Positions 1-10,106 are shown, counted from the first letter of the stretch. The stretch is 64,000 bases of DNA from Candidatus Nomurabacteria bacterium RIFCSPLOWO2_01_FULL_41_18 (GCA_001785865.1 MFUZ01000006.1:242315-306314), one strand, 5' to 3'. The notes: generated from the letters alone by a model not told the origin. A program made the numbers and translations.

Positions 1-1
1 T

Positions 2-673
2 GAAATAATCGGCGAGACACTCGATGACGCAGTGGGCGAGGCGTTCGACAAAGTAGCTCGGATGCTCGATCTCCCCTATCCCGGCGGTCCACAGATCTCA
101 AAATTGGCAGAAGAACTTAGGGCAAAAGAAGAACAATATTTTCGGGGACTCCGCAGGACGGCCGGTCCTAGGACTGAGCAGATTTTCCTGCAGGAAAATC
201 GCGACCCCGAAAAAATTAGTTCTTCTTTTGCCCTACCTCGTCCTATGCTGTACAGTAAAAATTTTGATTTTTCTTTTTCTGGATTAAAAACTGCTGTTCT
301 ATATTTGATTAGAGATTTAGGCGGTATCGATAAACTTGACCAAATTACAAAAACAAAGATCGCCTTAGAGTTCGAAAATTCCGCTATTGAGTGCTTAATT
401 CACAAGACTAAAAAAGCAGTAGAAAAATACGGGGCAAAAACGCTGATAGTCGCTGGTGGTGTGGCTTGCAATATACATCTGCAAAGAGAGATGTCCGCCC
501 TAGGCGGATCCGCCTCGGGCGGAAAGAAAATCAAGATTTTGTTCCCTTCAAAAGGACTTGCTGGCGATAATTCTCTAATGATCGGCATTGCCGGATACTT
601 AAATTATATAAAAAATAAGAAAAAAGTCCCAAAATTAAATAGTATAAAAGCTACTGGCAATTTAAGGCTTTAA
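2..673 (+). CDS. tsaD: tRNA N6-threonylcarbamoyltransferase TsaD (5' truncated by window edge)
   Basis: GETLDDAVGEAFDKVARML, YPGGP, FSFSGLKTAV, VAGGVACN, DNSLMIG motifs; two atypical in-frame insertions. Confidence 0.95.
   Translation, partial: EIIGETLDDAVGEAFDKVARMLDLPYPGGPQISKLAEELRAKEEQYFRGLRRTAGPRTEQIFLQENRDPEKISSSFALPRPMLYSKNFDFSFSGLKTAVLYLIRDLGGIDKLDQITKTKIALEFENSAIECLIHKTKKAVEKYGAKTLIVAGGVACNIHLQREMSALGGSASGGKKIKILFPSKGLAGDNSLMIGIAGYLNYIKNKKKVPKLNSIKATGNLRL
118..235. repeat. In-frame inverted-repeat element inside tsaD
   Basis: Perfect 17-bp terminal IR TAGGGCAAAAGAAGAAC / GTTCTTCTTTTGCCCTA; inner palindrome GATTTTCCTGCAGGAAAATC. Confidence 0.85.
494..523. repeat. 30-bp twin-hairpin element in tsaD
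   Basis: TCCGCC-cta-GGCGGA-TCCGCC-tcg-GGCGGA, encodes SALGGSASGG. Confidence 0.8.
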
Positions 674-693
674 TATGATATTATTGAGGAAGT

Positions 694-2877
694 ATGAGCG
701 TAAACGAGAAATTACTGAAACCCTATAATTCAAAAGAAACAGAAGATAGAATTTACAAACTATGGGAAGATAGTGGTTTTTTTAATCCAGACAAGAATAT
801 AGACCAAAATGCAAAGCCTTTCACAATTATAATGCCTCCAACCAACGCAAACGGATCATTGCACGCCGGACATGGCTTGGTGATGACTATAGAAGATATT
901 ATGGTGCGTTACAAAAGAATGCGGGGATTTAAGACCCTATGGCTCCCTGGCCTCGATCATGCCGGATTTGAAACACAGGTAGTCTACGAAAAAAAGTTAG
1001 AAAAAGAAGGGCGAACCAGATTTGAAATTGAACCAAAAAAACTATATGAAGAAATTCTTGATTTTACTCTCACTAATTCAAAAAATATAAAATCTCAAGC
1101 GCGAAAAATGGGAGCTTCTTGCGATTGGTCTCGTGAAAAATTCACACTGGACCCGGATATCGTAAAAATAGTCTACCAGACATTTAAGAAACTATCTGAT
1201 GACAATTTAGTATACAGAGGAAACAGGATAGTCAGCTGGTGTCCAAAACATCAAACATCTTTTTCTGATTTAGAAATATTAGACGAAGAGCGAACAGATA
1301 ATTTTTATTACTTGAAGTATGGGCCGTTTGTCATAGGCACTGCCCGACCGGAGACAAAATTCGGTGATAAATATGTAGTAATGCACCCAGACGATAAACG
1401 TTACAAAGAATACACAAACGATCAAAAGATAAAACTAGAATGGATAAATGGCCCCATTGAAGCCACTGTTATAAAAGATAAAGCTATTGATATGGAATTT
1501 GGAACAGGTGTTATGACAATCACTCCTTGGCACGATAATGCAGACTTTGATATTGCAGAAAGGCATAAACTGGATAAAGAACAGATCATCGATGAGAACG
1601 GCAAACTGCTTCCGATTGCCGGCGAATTTGCCGGACAACACATTAAAAAAGCTAGAGCACTGATTGTCGAAAAATTGCAGAAAAAGGGGTTAGTAGAGAA
1701 AATAGATGAAAAATACAAACACGTTGTTCGAACTTGTTATAAATGCGGAACAACCATCGAACCGCAAATAAAAAGCCAGTGGTTCATAAAAATGAAACCC
1801 CTAGCCGAAAAAGCTTTGGAAAAAATAGAAGACGGAGAAATCACTTATATTCCTGAACATTATAAAAAAATCACTACCCATTGGCTCAATAATATTATCG
1901 ATTGGAACATTTCGAGGCAAATTGTTTGGGGCATTCCCATACCAGCAAAAATATGCACAAAATGCGGGTCTGGTATGGTTGATTTGGAAAATAAAATAAA
2001 AAAGTGCACCTCTTGCGGTGGTGAAGTCATGCAAGATAAAGACACTTTTGATACTTGGTTTTCTTCAGGACAATGGCCTTTTGCGACGCTCGGCTATCCT
2101 GACAAAAATGATTTCAAAACATTTTATCCCACCGATGTCATGGAGACAGCCGGAGAAATTATATTTTTCTGGGTTTCCAGAATGATCATGCTCGGTTTGT
2201 ATGTTACCGGAGAAGTTCCTTTTAAAAATGTATACCTGCATGGTTTAGTTTTGGACGCCAAAGGATTAAAAATGAGTAAAAGTAAAGGAAATGTCATAGA
2301 CCCGCTCTCACTCACGGAAAAATACGGCACGGATGCATTCAGGATAGGATTGGTGATCGGCAATACACCCGGCACCTCGCTTGCATTAGCCGAAGAAAGA
2401 ATTAGGGGTTACGGAAAATTTGCAAATAAAATCTGGAATGCTACAAGATTTGTGCTAGAAAACACTCAGGATTACGAGGATGACAAAATAGAAATAAAAT
2501 ATGATGAAGAAGACGAAAAATCAGATGCGGAACTAAAAAAATTAATAACAGAAATTACGAAAGAAATGGATAACTATAAATTTTACATCGTTGCCGAAAA
2601 ACTTTATCACTATTTTTGGCACACTTTTGCTGATATAATAATAGAAAGATCAAAAAAGAAAATTATTGAAGGGAAAAATGCTGAATCGGCAAAAATGTTG
2701 CTTCGCACACAGCTGACTACCCTGCTCAAAGCGTTACACCCATTTATACCTTTTGTCACAGAAGAAATATGGGGAATGATACCTACCCGAAATACTACAC
2801 ATAACGTTGTAGGTATATCTGATCGTAAAAATCTGTTAATGATCGAAAAATGGCCCTATGACCGGGTCGACAAATAA
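694..2877 (+). CDS. valS: Valine--tRNA ligase (short form, no C-terminal coiled coil)
   Basis: PPTNANGSLHAGH (HIGH-like), DHAG, DWNISRQIVWG, DTWFSS, KMSKS. Confidence 0.95.
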   Translation: MSVNEKLLKPYNSKETEDRIYKLWEDSGFFNPDKNIDQNAKPFTIIMPPTNANGSLHAGHGLVMTIEDIMVRYKRMRGFKTLWLPGLDHAGFETQVVYEKKLEKEGRTRFEIEPKKLYEEILDFTLTNSKNIKSQARKMGASCDWSREKFTLDPDIVKIVYQTFKKLSDDNLVYRGNRIVSWCPKHQTSFSDLEILDEERTDNFYYLKYGPFVIGTARPETKFGDKYVVMHPDDKRYKEYTNDQKIKLEWINGPIEATVIKDKAIDMEFGTGVMTITPWHDNADFDIAERHKLDKEQIIDENGKLLPIAGEFAGQHIKKARALIVEKLQKKGLVEKIDEKYKHVVRTCYKCGTTIEPQIKSQWFIKMKPLAEKALEKIEDGEITYIPEHYKKITTHWLNNIIDWNISRQIVWGIPIPAKICTKCGSGMVDLENKIKKCTSCGGEVMQDKDTFDTWFSSGQWPFATLGYPDKNDFKTFYPTDVMETAGEIIFFWVSRMIMLGLYVTGEVPFKNVYLHGLVLDAKGLKMSKSKGNVIDPLSLTEKYGTDAFRIGLVIGNTPGTSLALAEERIRGYGKFANKIWNATRFVLENTQDYEDDKIEIKYDEEDEKSDAELKKLITEITKEMDNYKFYIVAEKLYHYFWHTFADIIIERSKKKIIEGKNAESAKMLLRTQLTTLLKALHPFIPFVTEEIWGMIPTRNTTHNVVGISDRKNLLMIEKWPYDRVDK

Positions 2878-2879
2878 AC

Positions 2880-3596
2880 ATGCTAACCAACGATCCAAAA
2901 ATTTTAGCAATAGCGTTCTTGGGAGGAATCATTCCTTCTCTTTTATGGCTGTGGTTCTGGATCAGGGAGGAACAGAAAAAAGCCGAACCCAAAGGAATCC
3001 TCGCCATGGTCTTCATCATGGGCATGCTATCAGTGGTCTTGGTCCTGCCGATCCAAGAATTCATCCAGTCGAATATCGACGGAGCGAGAGAGCGCCTCAT
3101 ACTCTGGGCAACTGCAGAAGAGATAATCAAATATCTGGCCGTAGTCATCATCCTTTTCAGGACCAGGTACATCGATGAGCCTATTGATTGGCCTATCTAT
3201 CTCATTACCGCCGCCTTGGGCTTCGCAGCCTTCGAAAACGCCCTATTTCTACAGAGATCGCTCACTCTCGACCAGACGACAGTCGGCCTTTTTACCGCAG
3301 CCTCTATAGGCCAGCTTCGATTTCTAGGCTCTACCCTTCTCCATGCTGTTTCAAGCGGAATGCTGGGCATAGCGCTCGGAATCTCACTTCATCTTTCTTT
3401 CTTTAAAAAGAAATCCTACCTTGCTGTCGGCCTTGTGCTCGCTATCGCCTTGCATAGTGTCTTTAATTTTTTTATAATAAAGATCAGAGTCAATGAAGTA
3501 AATTACTTTTTAGAAGTATTGAAAGTTTTCAGTTTCTTGTGGGTCGTCACTATTATTATCATGCTACTTTTTGAGAAAGTAAGAAGAATGACTTAA
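2880..3596 (+). CDS. PrsW-family intramembrane glutamic protease
   Basis: AEEIIK, ALGFAAFEN, LHAV, LHSVFN motifs; multiple TM helices. Confidence 0.85.
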   Translation: MLTNDPKILAIAFLGGIIPSLLWLWFWIREEQKKAEPKGILAMVFIMGMLSVVLVLPIQEFIQSNIDGARERLILWATAEEIIKYLAVVIILFRTRYIDEPIDWPIYLITAALGFAAFENALFLQRSLTLDQTTVGLFTAASIGQLRFLGSTLLHAVSSGMLGIALGISLHLSFFKKKSYLAVGLVLAIALHSVFNFFIIKIRVNEVNYFLEVLKVFSFLWVVTIIIMLLFEKVRRMT

Positions 3597-3603
3597 AAAA
3601 TTT

Positions 3604-4086
3604 ATGGATAAAAAAAGAAGTTTTTGGGAAAGAATAACGGGAGGGATTCATGTCGAAGAGGAGGAATACGAAGAACCGAAGAAGAATTCAGTCGGCGGAG
3701 GCACGGGAAGCAAGAAAGATAAAAAAGGCAACGAATGGATCGAGGAAGAGAATGAGGAAGCGGAGCTCGCCGTGGATATTTATCAGACTCCGACCGACAT
3801 CATCATACAAACCTTCGTAGCCGGAGTAAAGCCGGACGACCTAGAACTGTCTATTGCGAGAGACATAGTGACCATAGTCGGAGCACGCGAGGAAAACCGA
3901 AACATAGACGAGGAAAATTATTTTACCAAGGAGCTCTATTGGGGAAGATTTTCCCGCACTATATCCCTACCCGTGGAAATTGAACCAGAAGAAGTCGAAG
4001 CCACAGAAAAACACGGCCTCCTCACTATCCGCCTGCAAAAAGTAGATAAAGAAAAGACCAATACTATCAAAGTCCGATCTATCTAG
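3604..4086 (+). CDS. Hsp20/alpha-crystallin small heat-shock protein
   Basis: VDIYQT, AGVKPDDL, GRFSRTISLP, GLLTIRLQK. Confidence 0.9.
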   Translation: MDKKRSFWERITGGIHVEEEEYEEPKKNSVGGGTGSKKDKKGNEWIEEENEEAELAVDIYQTPTDIIIQTFVAGVKPDDLELSIARDIVTIVGAREENRNIDEENYFTKELYWGRFSRTISLPVEIEPEEVEATEKHGLLTIRLQKVDKEKTNTIKVRSI

Positions 4087-4267
4087 TAAAAGATTTCTTT
4101 TCTTTCTTTTTCTGTGCTTATGTGAGCCACAATAATTCGTTTTTCGTTAAAAACGAATTTTCCAGCCCCGGACTCAGTTGTTTTTCTTGCTAGAAAAACA
4201 TGCTTCCGTCGGCACAAAGCACAGAAAAAGAGCACAGCAGTGTGCTCTTTTTCATGTAAGTGCTTTG

Positions 4268-4340
4268 TGCCGAGGACCAGAATCGAACTGGTGACCTATC
4301 CCTCTTCAGGGGAGCGCTCTACCAACTGAGCTACCTCGGC
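4268..4340 (-). tRNA. tRNA-Phe(GAA)
   Basis: GCCGAGG acceptor stem, GCTCAGTTGGTAGAGC D arm, loop CTGAAGA, GTTCGATTC T loop; CCA not encoded. Confidence 0.93.
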
Positions 4341-4358
4341 ATATTTTTTCTCTTTAAA

Positions 4359-4601
4359 CTAGTCGCCAAGCTTTAAATTATTCAATGTCTCGCTTGCTCC
4401 GGCATATATCGATTTCAGCTGATCTACATATGGCTGAAGAAGATAAAAAGCGCCTATCGCAGAACCGATAATGAATATCCAATATACTGCCCTGGTAATG
4501 CTCGCAATACGCATGGAACGCTTCATAGAATGTAGTATCTTATTGTTCTCTTCCGAGAGACTGACACTCTTATTCAAAAGCTCCCTTTCTTCTGGCGACA
4601 T
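4359..4601 (-). CDS. Small single-TM hypothetical protein
   Basis: 80-aa ORF between two tRNAs; coiled N-terminus plus one hydrophobic helix. Confidence 0.7.
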   Translation of the reverse strand: MSPEERELLNKSVSLSEENNKILHSMKRSMRIASITRAVYWIFIIGSAIGAFYLLQPYVDQLKSIYAGASETLNNLKLGD

Positions 4602-4641
4602 AGATAAATACTAGCAAAAATAGATATAAAAATCAAAAACT

Positions 4642-4716
4642 TGGTGCCCTCGGCCAGAATCGAACTGACATCAAATTCTTAGGAGAAATTTGTTCTATCC
4701 ATTGAACTACGAGGGC
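4642..4716 (-). tRNA. tRNA-Arg(CCT)
   Basis: GCCCTCG acceptor stem, loop CTCCTAA, GTTCGATTC, encoded CCA. Confidence 0.93.
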
Positions 4717-4743
4717 ATAGGACAATAGTATATTATTGATGAA

Positions 4744-4989
4744 TTAAAGTCCAAGTAACCTAGCTATCTTTGGCTTATCGTAACCCACAGTAAGCTCATC
4801 GCCTATGATGATGACCGGCACACCCATTTGCCCGCTTTTTGTCACCATTTCCTTTCTTTTTTCAAGGTCGCTCGCCACATTGTATTCCGTAAAAGAGATA
4901 TTTTTCTCTCGGAAAAAGTCTTTTGCCATATGGCAAAAGTGGCAGGTGGGGGTTGAATAAATTTGTACTGTTGGTTTTGTATCAGTCAT
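4744..4989 (-). CDS. Glutaredoxin/NrdH-like redoxin
   Basis: YSTPTCHFC (CxxC), GQMGVPVI. Confidence 0.9.
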   Translation of the reverse strand: MTDTKPTVQIYSTPTCHFCHMAKDFFREKNISFTEYNVASDLEKRKEMVTKSGQMGVPVIIIGDELTVGYDKPKIARLLGL

Positions 4990-5148
4990 AAAATTCTTTG
5001 TATTATTTTCTAATATTCTAATTATATAACTAAATATAATATAATAGGTTCTCTCGGTCAGAATATCAATAAAAATTGCTATTCCTCCCTCTTTGCCTAT
5101 TATAGCATGCTTGTCAAGTAAACATAAAAAAGATATATTCTAACTGTT

Positions 5149-5219
5149 GCGGGATTAGTTTAGTGGTAAAATGAGTCCTTCCCAAGGATTAGACGCGAGT
5201 TCGATTCTCGCATCCCGCA
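5149..5219 (+). tRNA. tRNA-Gly(CCC)
   Basis: GCGGGAT acceptor stem, loop TTCCCAA, GTTCGATTC. Confidence 0.93.
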
Positions 5220-5223
5220 CATT

Positions 5224-7635
5224 TTAACTCTTCTTCTCGTGCTCTCCGATCGCCATGATGATTTTGATGACCGTGTCGGGATTGAGCGACATGCTGTCTA
5301 TCCCCTCCGACACTAGAAATTGTGCAAATTCCGGATAGTCGGACGGCGCTTGTCCGCAGATTCCGATATCCTTTCCCTTCTCTTTGCACTTACGGACTAT
5401 CTGCGACACCAATTTTTTCACTGCGGGATTATTTTCATTGGCTATATGAGTCACTATACCCGAATCGCGATCAAGACCCAGCGTAAGCTGAGTGAGGTCG
5501 TTCGAGCCGATTGACATACCGTCAAAAATGTCTAGAAATTCATCCGCCAAAAAGACATTCGAAGGGATCTCACACATCACGAATATTTTGAGCTTCTCAT
5601 CTTTTTTGCGATCGAGACCATGGACAGCCATGATTTCTACCACCTTCTGTCCTTCTTCCGGCGTCCTACAGAATGGGATCATGGGGACTACATTGGAAAG
5701 ACCCATGTCTTCCCGTACGCGCTTCATGGCGATACATTCCAAGCTGAAAGCATCTTTGAATTCAGGATCATAATAGCGCGATGCCCCACGCCAGCCGATC
5801 ATCGGGTTCTCTTCATGAGGTTCGTACAGATACCCGCCCAAGAGGGTGCGGTATTCATTGGTTTTGAAATCAGAAAAGCGGATTACTACTTCCTTTGGAT
5901 AAAACGTCGCCGCTATTTTTGCGATGCCTAAGGCGAGATTGTCGACATAGAATTGGGACTTGTCTTTGTAGAGAGGCGTGAGTTCGTCTATTCTCTTGAG
6001 CACCTTCTTTAATTCGGGAGTCTGCTTGCCAGCCTTTAATTTCTTATAGTCGATCAGGACATTCGGGTGCACACCGATATGATTCGCAATGATGAATTCG
6101 AGCCTGCCGAGCCCTACCCCTTCCGCAGGTAGATTGTGATTTTTGAACGCCTCGTCCGGAGAACCGATGTTCACCATTATCTTTGTATTTATTTTAGGAA
6201 TTTTATTCAAATGATGTTCGATTATTTGAAACGGCAAAATTCCTTCGTAAACGTTGCCAACATTGCCGGAAGAGCAATCTACGGTTATATTTTGGCCATT
6301 TTTGAGGATCTTGGTGGCATTGCCGGAGCCGACAATGCAGGGAATTCCGAGCTCCCGCGACACTATCGCCGCATGCGAAGTACGCCCGCCCTCATCCGTC
6401 ACGATGGCGCTCGCGATCTTCATGATAGGTTCCCAGTCCGGATCAGTGATCTTGGTTACGAGCACTTCCCCTTTCTTGAAGGCATTGATATTTTTTGCAT
6501 TGCTAAGGACGCGCACTTTGCCCGCGCCTATCTTGGATCCGACAGCGATACCTTTCACTCGCACATGTCCGGATTCTTTCAACTTATATTCTTTGAGCAC
6601 ATTCTTGTCTATCGCGGAAGCGACAGTCTCTGGGCGAGCTTGCACGATGAATAATTCGCCGGTCTTGCCGTCCTTGGCCCATTCGATATCCATTGGCTGA
6701 TAACGATCGTGCTTTTGTGAAAAATATTTTTCAATTTGCAGGCACCACTTCGCGAGCTTTACCACTTCAAGGTCAGTAAGACAGAATTTCTGCTGTTCAG
6801 AGGGAGCGACCTTATCTTCCTTGGTTCCATCCTTCCCATAGACGAGCTGGATGTTCTTATTGCCAAGATTCTTGGTGATGATAGGATACGGACTGCCATT
6901 CTCCAATGTCGGCTTAAAAACTATGAACTCGTCAGGGACGACTTTACCCTGCACGATGAACTCGCCCAATCCATAAATTCCATTTATTAAAATTATCTTA
7001 TCAAATCCCGTTTCGGTATCAATGGTAAAAGCCACCCCGGACGAAGACAAGTCGGAGCGCACCATACACTGGACGCCAACCGAAAGTGCCACATCAAAAT
7101 GAGAGAATCCTTTATCCGTACGGTAAGATATGGCTCTGTCTGTGAAAAGCGAAGCGATGCACTTTTTGGTCGCAGTAAGGACATTTTCAATGCCTTGAAT
7201 ATTCAAATATGTCTCTTGTTGACCGGCAAAAGAAGCTCCAGGCAGATCCTCCGCCGTAGCAGAAGAACGCACTGCGACCGCCAGATTATTTCCGTATTTT
7301 TTACCGAGATCTTCGTAAGATGTTGCGATTATGTCTTTGAGGTCTTGCGGAAGAGTCTCCTTCAGTATGGCTTCGCGGACTTTTTTACCCCGGACCTGCA
7401 GATTGCGCAGATCCTTTGTGTTTAAATCAGACAATATTCCTTTTATCTTTTCGTCCAGGCCAGTATTTTTAAAAAAATGGCGATAGGCATCCGCGGTGAG
7501 CGCGAATCCATCCGGTATGTTTACGCCGAGTGGCACCAAATTCGAATACATCTCTCCAAGAGCAGCATTCTTGCCGCCGACACTTCCAATATCACCGATA
7601 CCCACCTCGCTATACCACTTCACAAAATTTTCCAT
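5224..7635 (-). CDS. ppsA: Phosphoenolpyruvate synthase
   Basis: VGGKNAALGEM, AVRSSATAED, QARPETV, GGRTSHAAIVSRE, EENPMIGWRGA, SIGSNDLTQ. Confidence 0.97.
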   Translation of the reverse strand: MENFVKWYSEVGIGDIGSVGGKNAALGEMYSNLVPLGVNIPDGFALTADAYRHFFKNTGLDEKIKGILSDLNTKDLRNLQVRGKKVREAILKETLPQDLKDIIATSYEDLGKKYGNNLAVAVRSSATAEDLPGASFAGQQETYLNIQGIENVLTATKKCIASLFTDRAISYRTDKGFSHFDVALSVGVQCMVRSDLSSSGVAFTIDTETGFDKIILINGIYGLGEFIVQGKVVPDEFIVFKPTLENGSPYPIITKNLGNKNIQLVYGKDGTKEDKVAPSEQQKFCLTDLEVVKLAKWCLQIEKYFSQKHDRYQPMDIEWAKDGKTGELFIVQARPETVASAIDKNVLKEYKLKESGHVRVKGIAVGSKIGAGKVRVLSNAKNINAFKKGEVLVTKITDPDWEPIMKIASAIVTDEGGRTSHAAIVSRELGIPCIVGSGNATKILKNGQNITVDCSSGNVGNVYEGILPFQIIEHHLNKIPKINTKIMVNIGSPDEAFKNHNLPAEGVGLGRLEFIIANHIGVHPNVLIDYKKLKAGKQTPELKKVLKRIDELTPLYKDKSQFYVDNLALGIAKIAATFYPKEVVIRFSDFKTNEYRTLLGGYLYEPHEENPMIGWRGASRYYDPEFKDAFSLECIAMKRVREDMGLSNVVPMIPFCRTPEEGQKVVEIMAVHGLDRKKDEKLKIFVMCEIPSNVFLADEFLDIFDGMSIGSNDLTQLTLGLDRDSGIVTHIANENNPAVKKLVSQIVRKCKEKGKDIGICGQAPSDYPEFAQFLVSEGIDSMSLNPDTVIKIIMAIGEHEKKS

Positions 7636-7667
7636 AATATCTATATATTATAGCACATTAATAATAG

Positions 7668-8918
7668 TTACTTGCCCGATATCTTGACGAGCCTGTCGTA
7701 TTTCACTTTTCTTTCAGGTTTAAGCGGAGCACCGGACTTCAAGCCAAAACATCCGAACGCAAAAGCAAGATCCGCGATAAAATCATCATTTGTTTCTTCT
7801 CCCCTGTGGCTCACGATGAGTTCGATGCCCCCCTCCCTCGCCACTTTCATCACCTCCAGAGTTTCAGACAGAGTCCCGATTTGGTTCGGCTTGATGATCA
7901 TGGCATTGATGCTTCTCATTTCAATCGCTTTTTTTAAGCGAAGCACATTGGTAACCGTCAGATCATCTCCAACCACTTTCAAGCGGCTGTGATTCCGACC
8001 AAGTGTGCCAAAACTTTCAAAATCTTCCTCATTGAATGGATCTTCGATAGATAATAAATTAAATTCAGCAATTAAAGAATCGTAAATTTTCATCAATTCT
8101 TCTTTTGAAATATTTTTACCATCAACTTGATAAACACCATTCCCGTAAAAAGAAGATGCAGCCACATCCAGAGCAAAACGCACTTTGCCTTCTAGATTAT
8201 TTCGCCCTACGGCCTCGGTGAGATACATAAGCGGTTTTCGAATATCGCTTACTTCTGGCGCAAAACCTCCCTCATCGCCTAAAACCACTGATTCTTTCCC
8301 TAAATCATTCTTAATTATATCCTCGAGAGATGCCTGCACTTTTATCCCGATATCAATAGCTTCATTTATATCATCCGTCTGGGGTATGACATGATATTCC
8401 TGAAAGGCGAGCCCACTCTTCGTATGTCTGCCTCCTTCGAGCAGATTCATAAAAAGATATGGGGTCTTTCGCGATGGCTTGATCTCGACGAGAGTTCCTA
8501 GATATTGATACACTTCTTGGTCTGTCGCCTTTGCGGCAGCTTTAGCGCAAGCTATCGAGACTCCGATCATAGAATTGCCGCCGAGATTGTCTTTATTGGG
8601 AGTGCCGTCCAACTCGATTATTATTCTATCAATTTCTTTTTGATTTAAAACATTCTGGTTAACCAATCGAGGGGCGATCACGGTATTTACCTTTTCTATG
8701 GCATCTTTTACGCCGAGGCCGTCCTTATCCCTTAATTCATGCGCCTCGTGGCTGCCGGTGCTCGCTCCGGAAGGAACCGAAAACGTGCCGGAAGCAGCCC
8801 CCGCCCCCGCCAGAGGCGGGCAGGCAAACACTGTGACTTCAATGGTAGGGTTTCCGTGCGAATCTTTTATTTCTTTAGCTAAAATTTTAGTAATAGGAAA
8901 ATTTGTTAATTCCGCCAT
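7668..8918 (-). CDS. eno: Enolase
   Basis: DSHGNPTIEV, VPSGASTG, GDEGGFAP, VVGDDLTVTN, IKPNQIGTLSE, SHR. Confidence 0.93.
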   Translation of the reverse strand: MAELTNFPITKILAKEIKDSHGNPTIEVTVFACPPLAGAGAASGTFSVPSGASTGSHEAHELRDKDGLGVKDAIEKVNTVIAPRLVNQNVLNQKEIDRIIIELDGTPNKDNLGGNSMIGVSIACAKAAAKATDQEVYQYLGTLVEIKPSRKTPYLFMNLLEGGRHTKSGLAFQEYHVIPQTDDINEAIDIGIKVQASLEDIIKNDLGKESVVLGDEGGFAPEVSDIRKPLMYLTEAVGRNNLEGKVRFALDVAASSFYGNGVYQVDGKNISKEELMKIYDSLIAEFNLLSIEDPFNEEDFESFGTLGRNHSRLKVVGDDLTVTNVLRLKKAIEMRSINAMIIKPNQIGTLSETLEVMKVAREGGIELIVSHRGEETNDDFIADLAFAFGCFGLKSGAPLKPERKVKYDRLVKISGK

Positions 8919-8961
8919 ATTACTTTTAATTTTAGCATATTTTTGCTATCATACGAAATAA

Positions 8962-10104
8962 ATGGAAAAATTGATTAGCGGCCGAAACTACATAATGGAG
9001 AGAAAATACAAATGGATCATCAAGCCGATTTTGTTCAAATTTGATCCCGAAAACGTGCATGATAATATGGGCGTCGTCGGTCGTTGGCTCGGCAAACACT
9101 TCCTGACCCGTAAATTAGCGAGTTTATTTTGGAATTATTCAAATCCCGCACTGGAACAGAACATTCTCGGTATAAACTTCAAGAACCCGACAGGACTTTC
9201 GGCTGGTTTCGATAAGAATGCGGAATTGACCGAAATCATCTCTTCCATCAGTTTTGGCTTTATGGAAGTGGGCTCTATTACTGGTGAGGCCTGCGTAGGT
9301 AACCCCAAACCCCGGCTTTGGCGCTTGAAGAAATCGAGATCGCTCGCCGTAAATTACGGACTCATGAACGACGGCGCTGAAGCGATAGCCGAAAGATTGG
9401 GCAAGAAGCTCGAGGTGAAAAAATTCGATATCCCCGTCGGCATCAGTATCGCCAAAACAAATTGCAAAGACACAGTAGATACTGAAAAAGCCATCTTCGA
9501 TTATTTCAAGGCTTATCGAGCATTCATCGACATAGGCGACTATTTCACAATAAATATCAGCTGTCCGAACGCCTTTGGCGGACAGCCCTTCACCGACAGC
9601 ACCAAGCTCTACTTGCTGCTTTCGAAAATCATGTCCGTCCCGAAGACAAAACCTATTTTTATAAAATTATCCCCCGACTTAAAACAAAAAGAAATCAATG
9701 AAATACTAGATATTGCCGCAAAATGGAATGTGGACGGATTTATTTGCACAAATTTGACTAAAAATCGTAATAAAAAACAGAATAAAAACATTATAGATGA
9801 AAGCGTGCCGGAGTTAGGCGGACTGTCTGGGAAAGCAGTTGAAGATCTGTCGCTCGAACTGATCAGATATATTTATAAAAAAACAGGTGGAAAAGCAAGT
9901 AAATTTGTAATTATTGGCTGTGGTGGAGTCTTTAGCGCCGAAGATGCATACAAAAAAATAAAAGCCGGCGCTTCCCTCATCCAACTCATAACGGGAATGA
10001 TTTTCGAAGGCCCGCAACTAATTAGTGAAATAAATTTAGGATTAGTAAAACTCCTAAAAGCTGATGGTTATAAAAATATTTCTGAAGCAATTGGAAAAGA
10101 ATAG
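8962..10104 (+). CDS. pyrD: Dihydroorotate dehydrogenase (class 2, quinone type)
   Basis: GLSAGFDKN, GNPKPRLWRL, NISCPN, KLSPD, GGLSG, IIGCGGV, GASLIQL. Confidence 0.93.
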   Translation: MEKLISGRNYIMERKYKWIIKPILFKFDPENVHDNMGVVGRWLGKHFLTRKLASLFWNYSNPALEQNILGINFKNPTGLSAGFDKNAELTEIISSISFGFMEVGSITGEACVGNPKPRLWRLKKSRSLAVNYGLMNDGAEAIAERLGKKLEVKKFDIPVGISIAKTNCKDTVDTEKAIFDYFKAYRAFIDIGDYFTINISCPNAFGGQPFTDSTKLYLLLSKIMSVPKTKPIFIKLSPDLKQKEINEILDIAAKWNVDGFICTNLTKNRNKKQNKNIIDESVPELGGLSGKAVEDLSLELIRYIYKKTGGKASKFVIIGCGGVFSAEDAYKKIKAGASLIQLITGMIFEGPQLISEINLGLVKLLKADGYKNISEAIGKE

Positions 10105-10106
10105 AA

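Noticed and set aside
118-235. Intein or self-splicing intron as the explanation for the in-frame inserts
   Set aside because: The inserts are far too short and lack intein C/S...HN termini or group I/II intron cores.
694-2877. Short ValS as a pseudogene
   Set aside because: All catalytic motifs are intact and the next gene starts 2 bp after the stop, so loss of the C-terminal coiled coil looks like a natural short form.
8765-8800. SRP RNA-like CCGGAAGG...GCAGC motif
   Set aside because: It lies antisense within the conserved enolase VPSGAS region and lacks the SRP helix.
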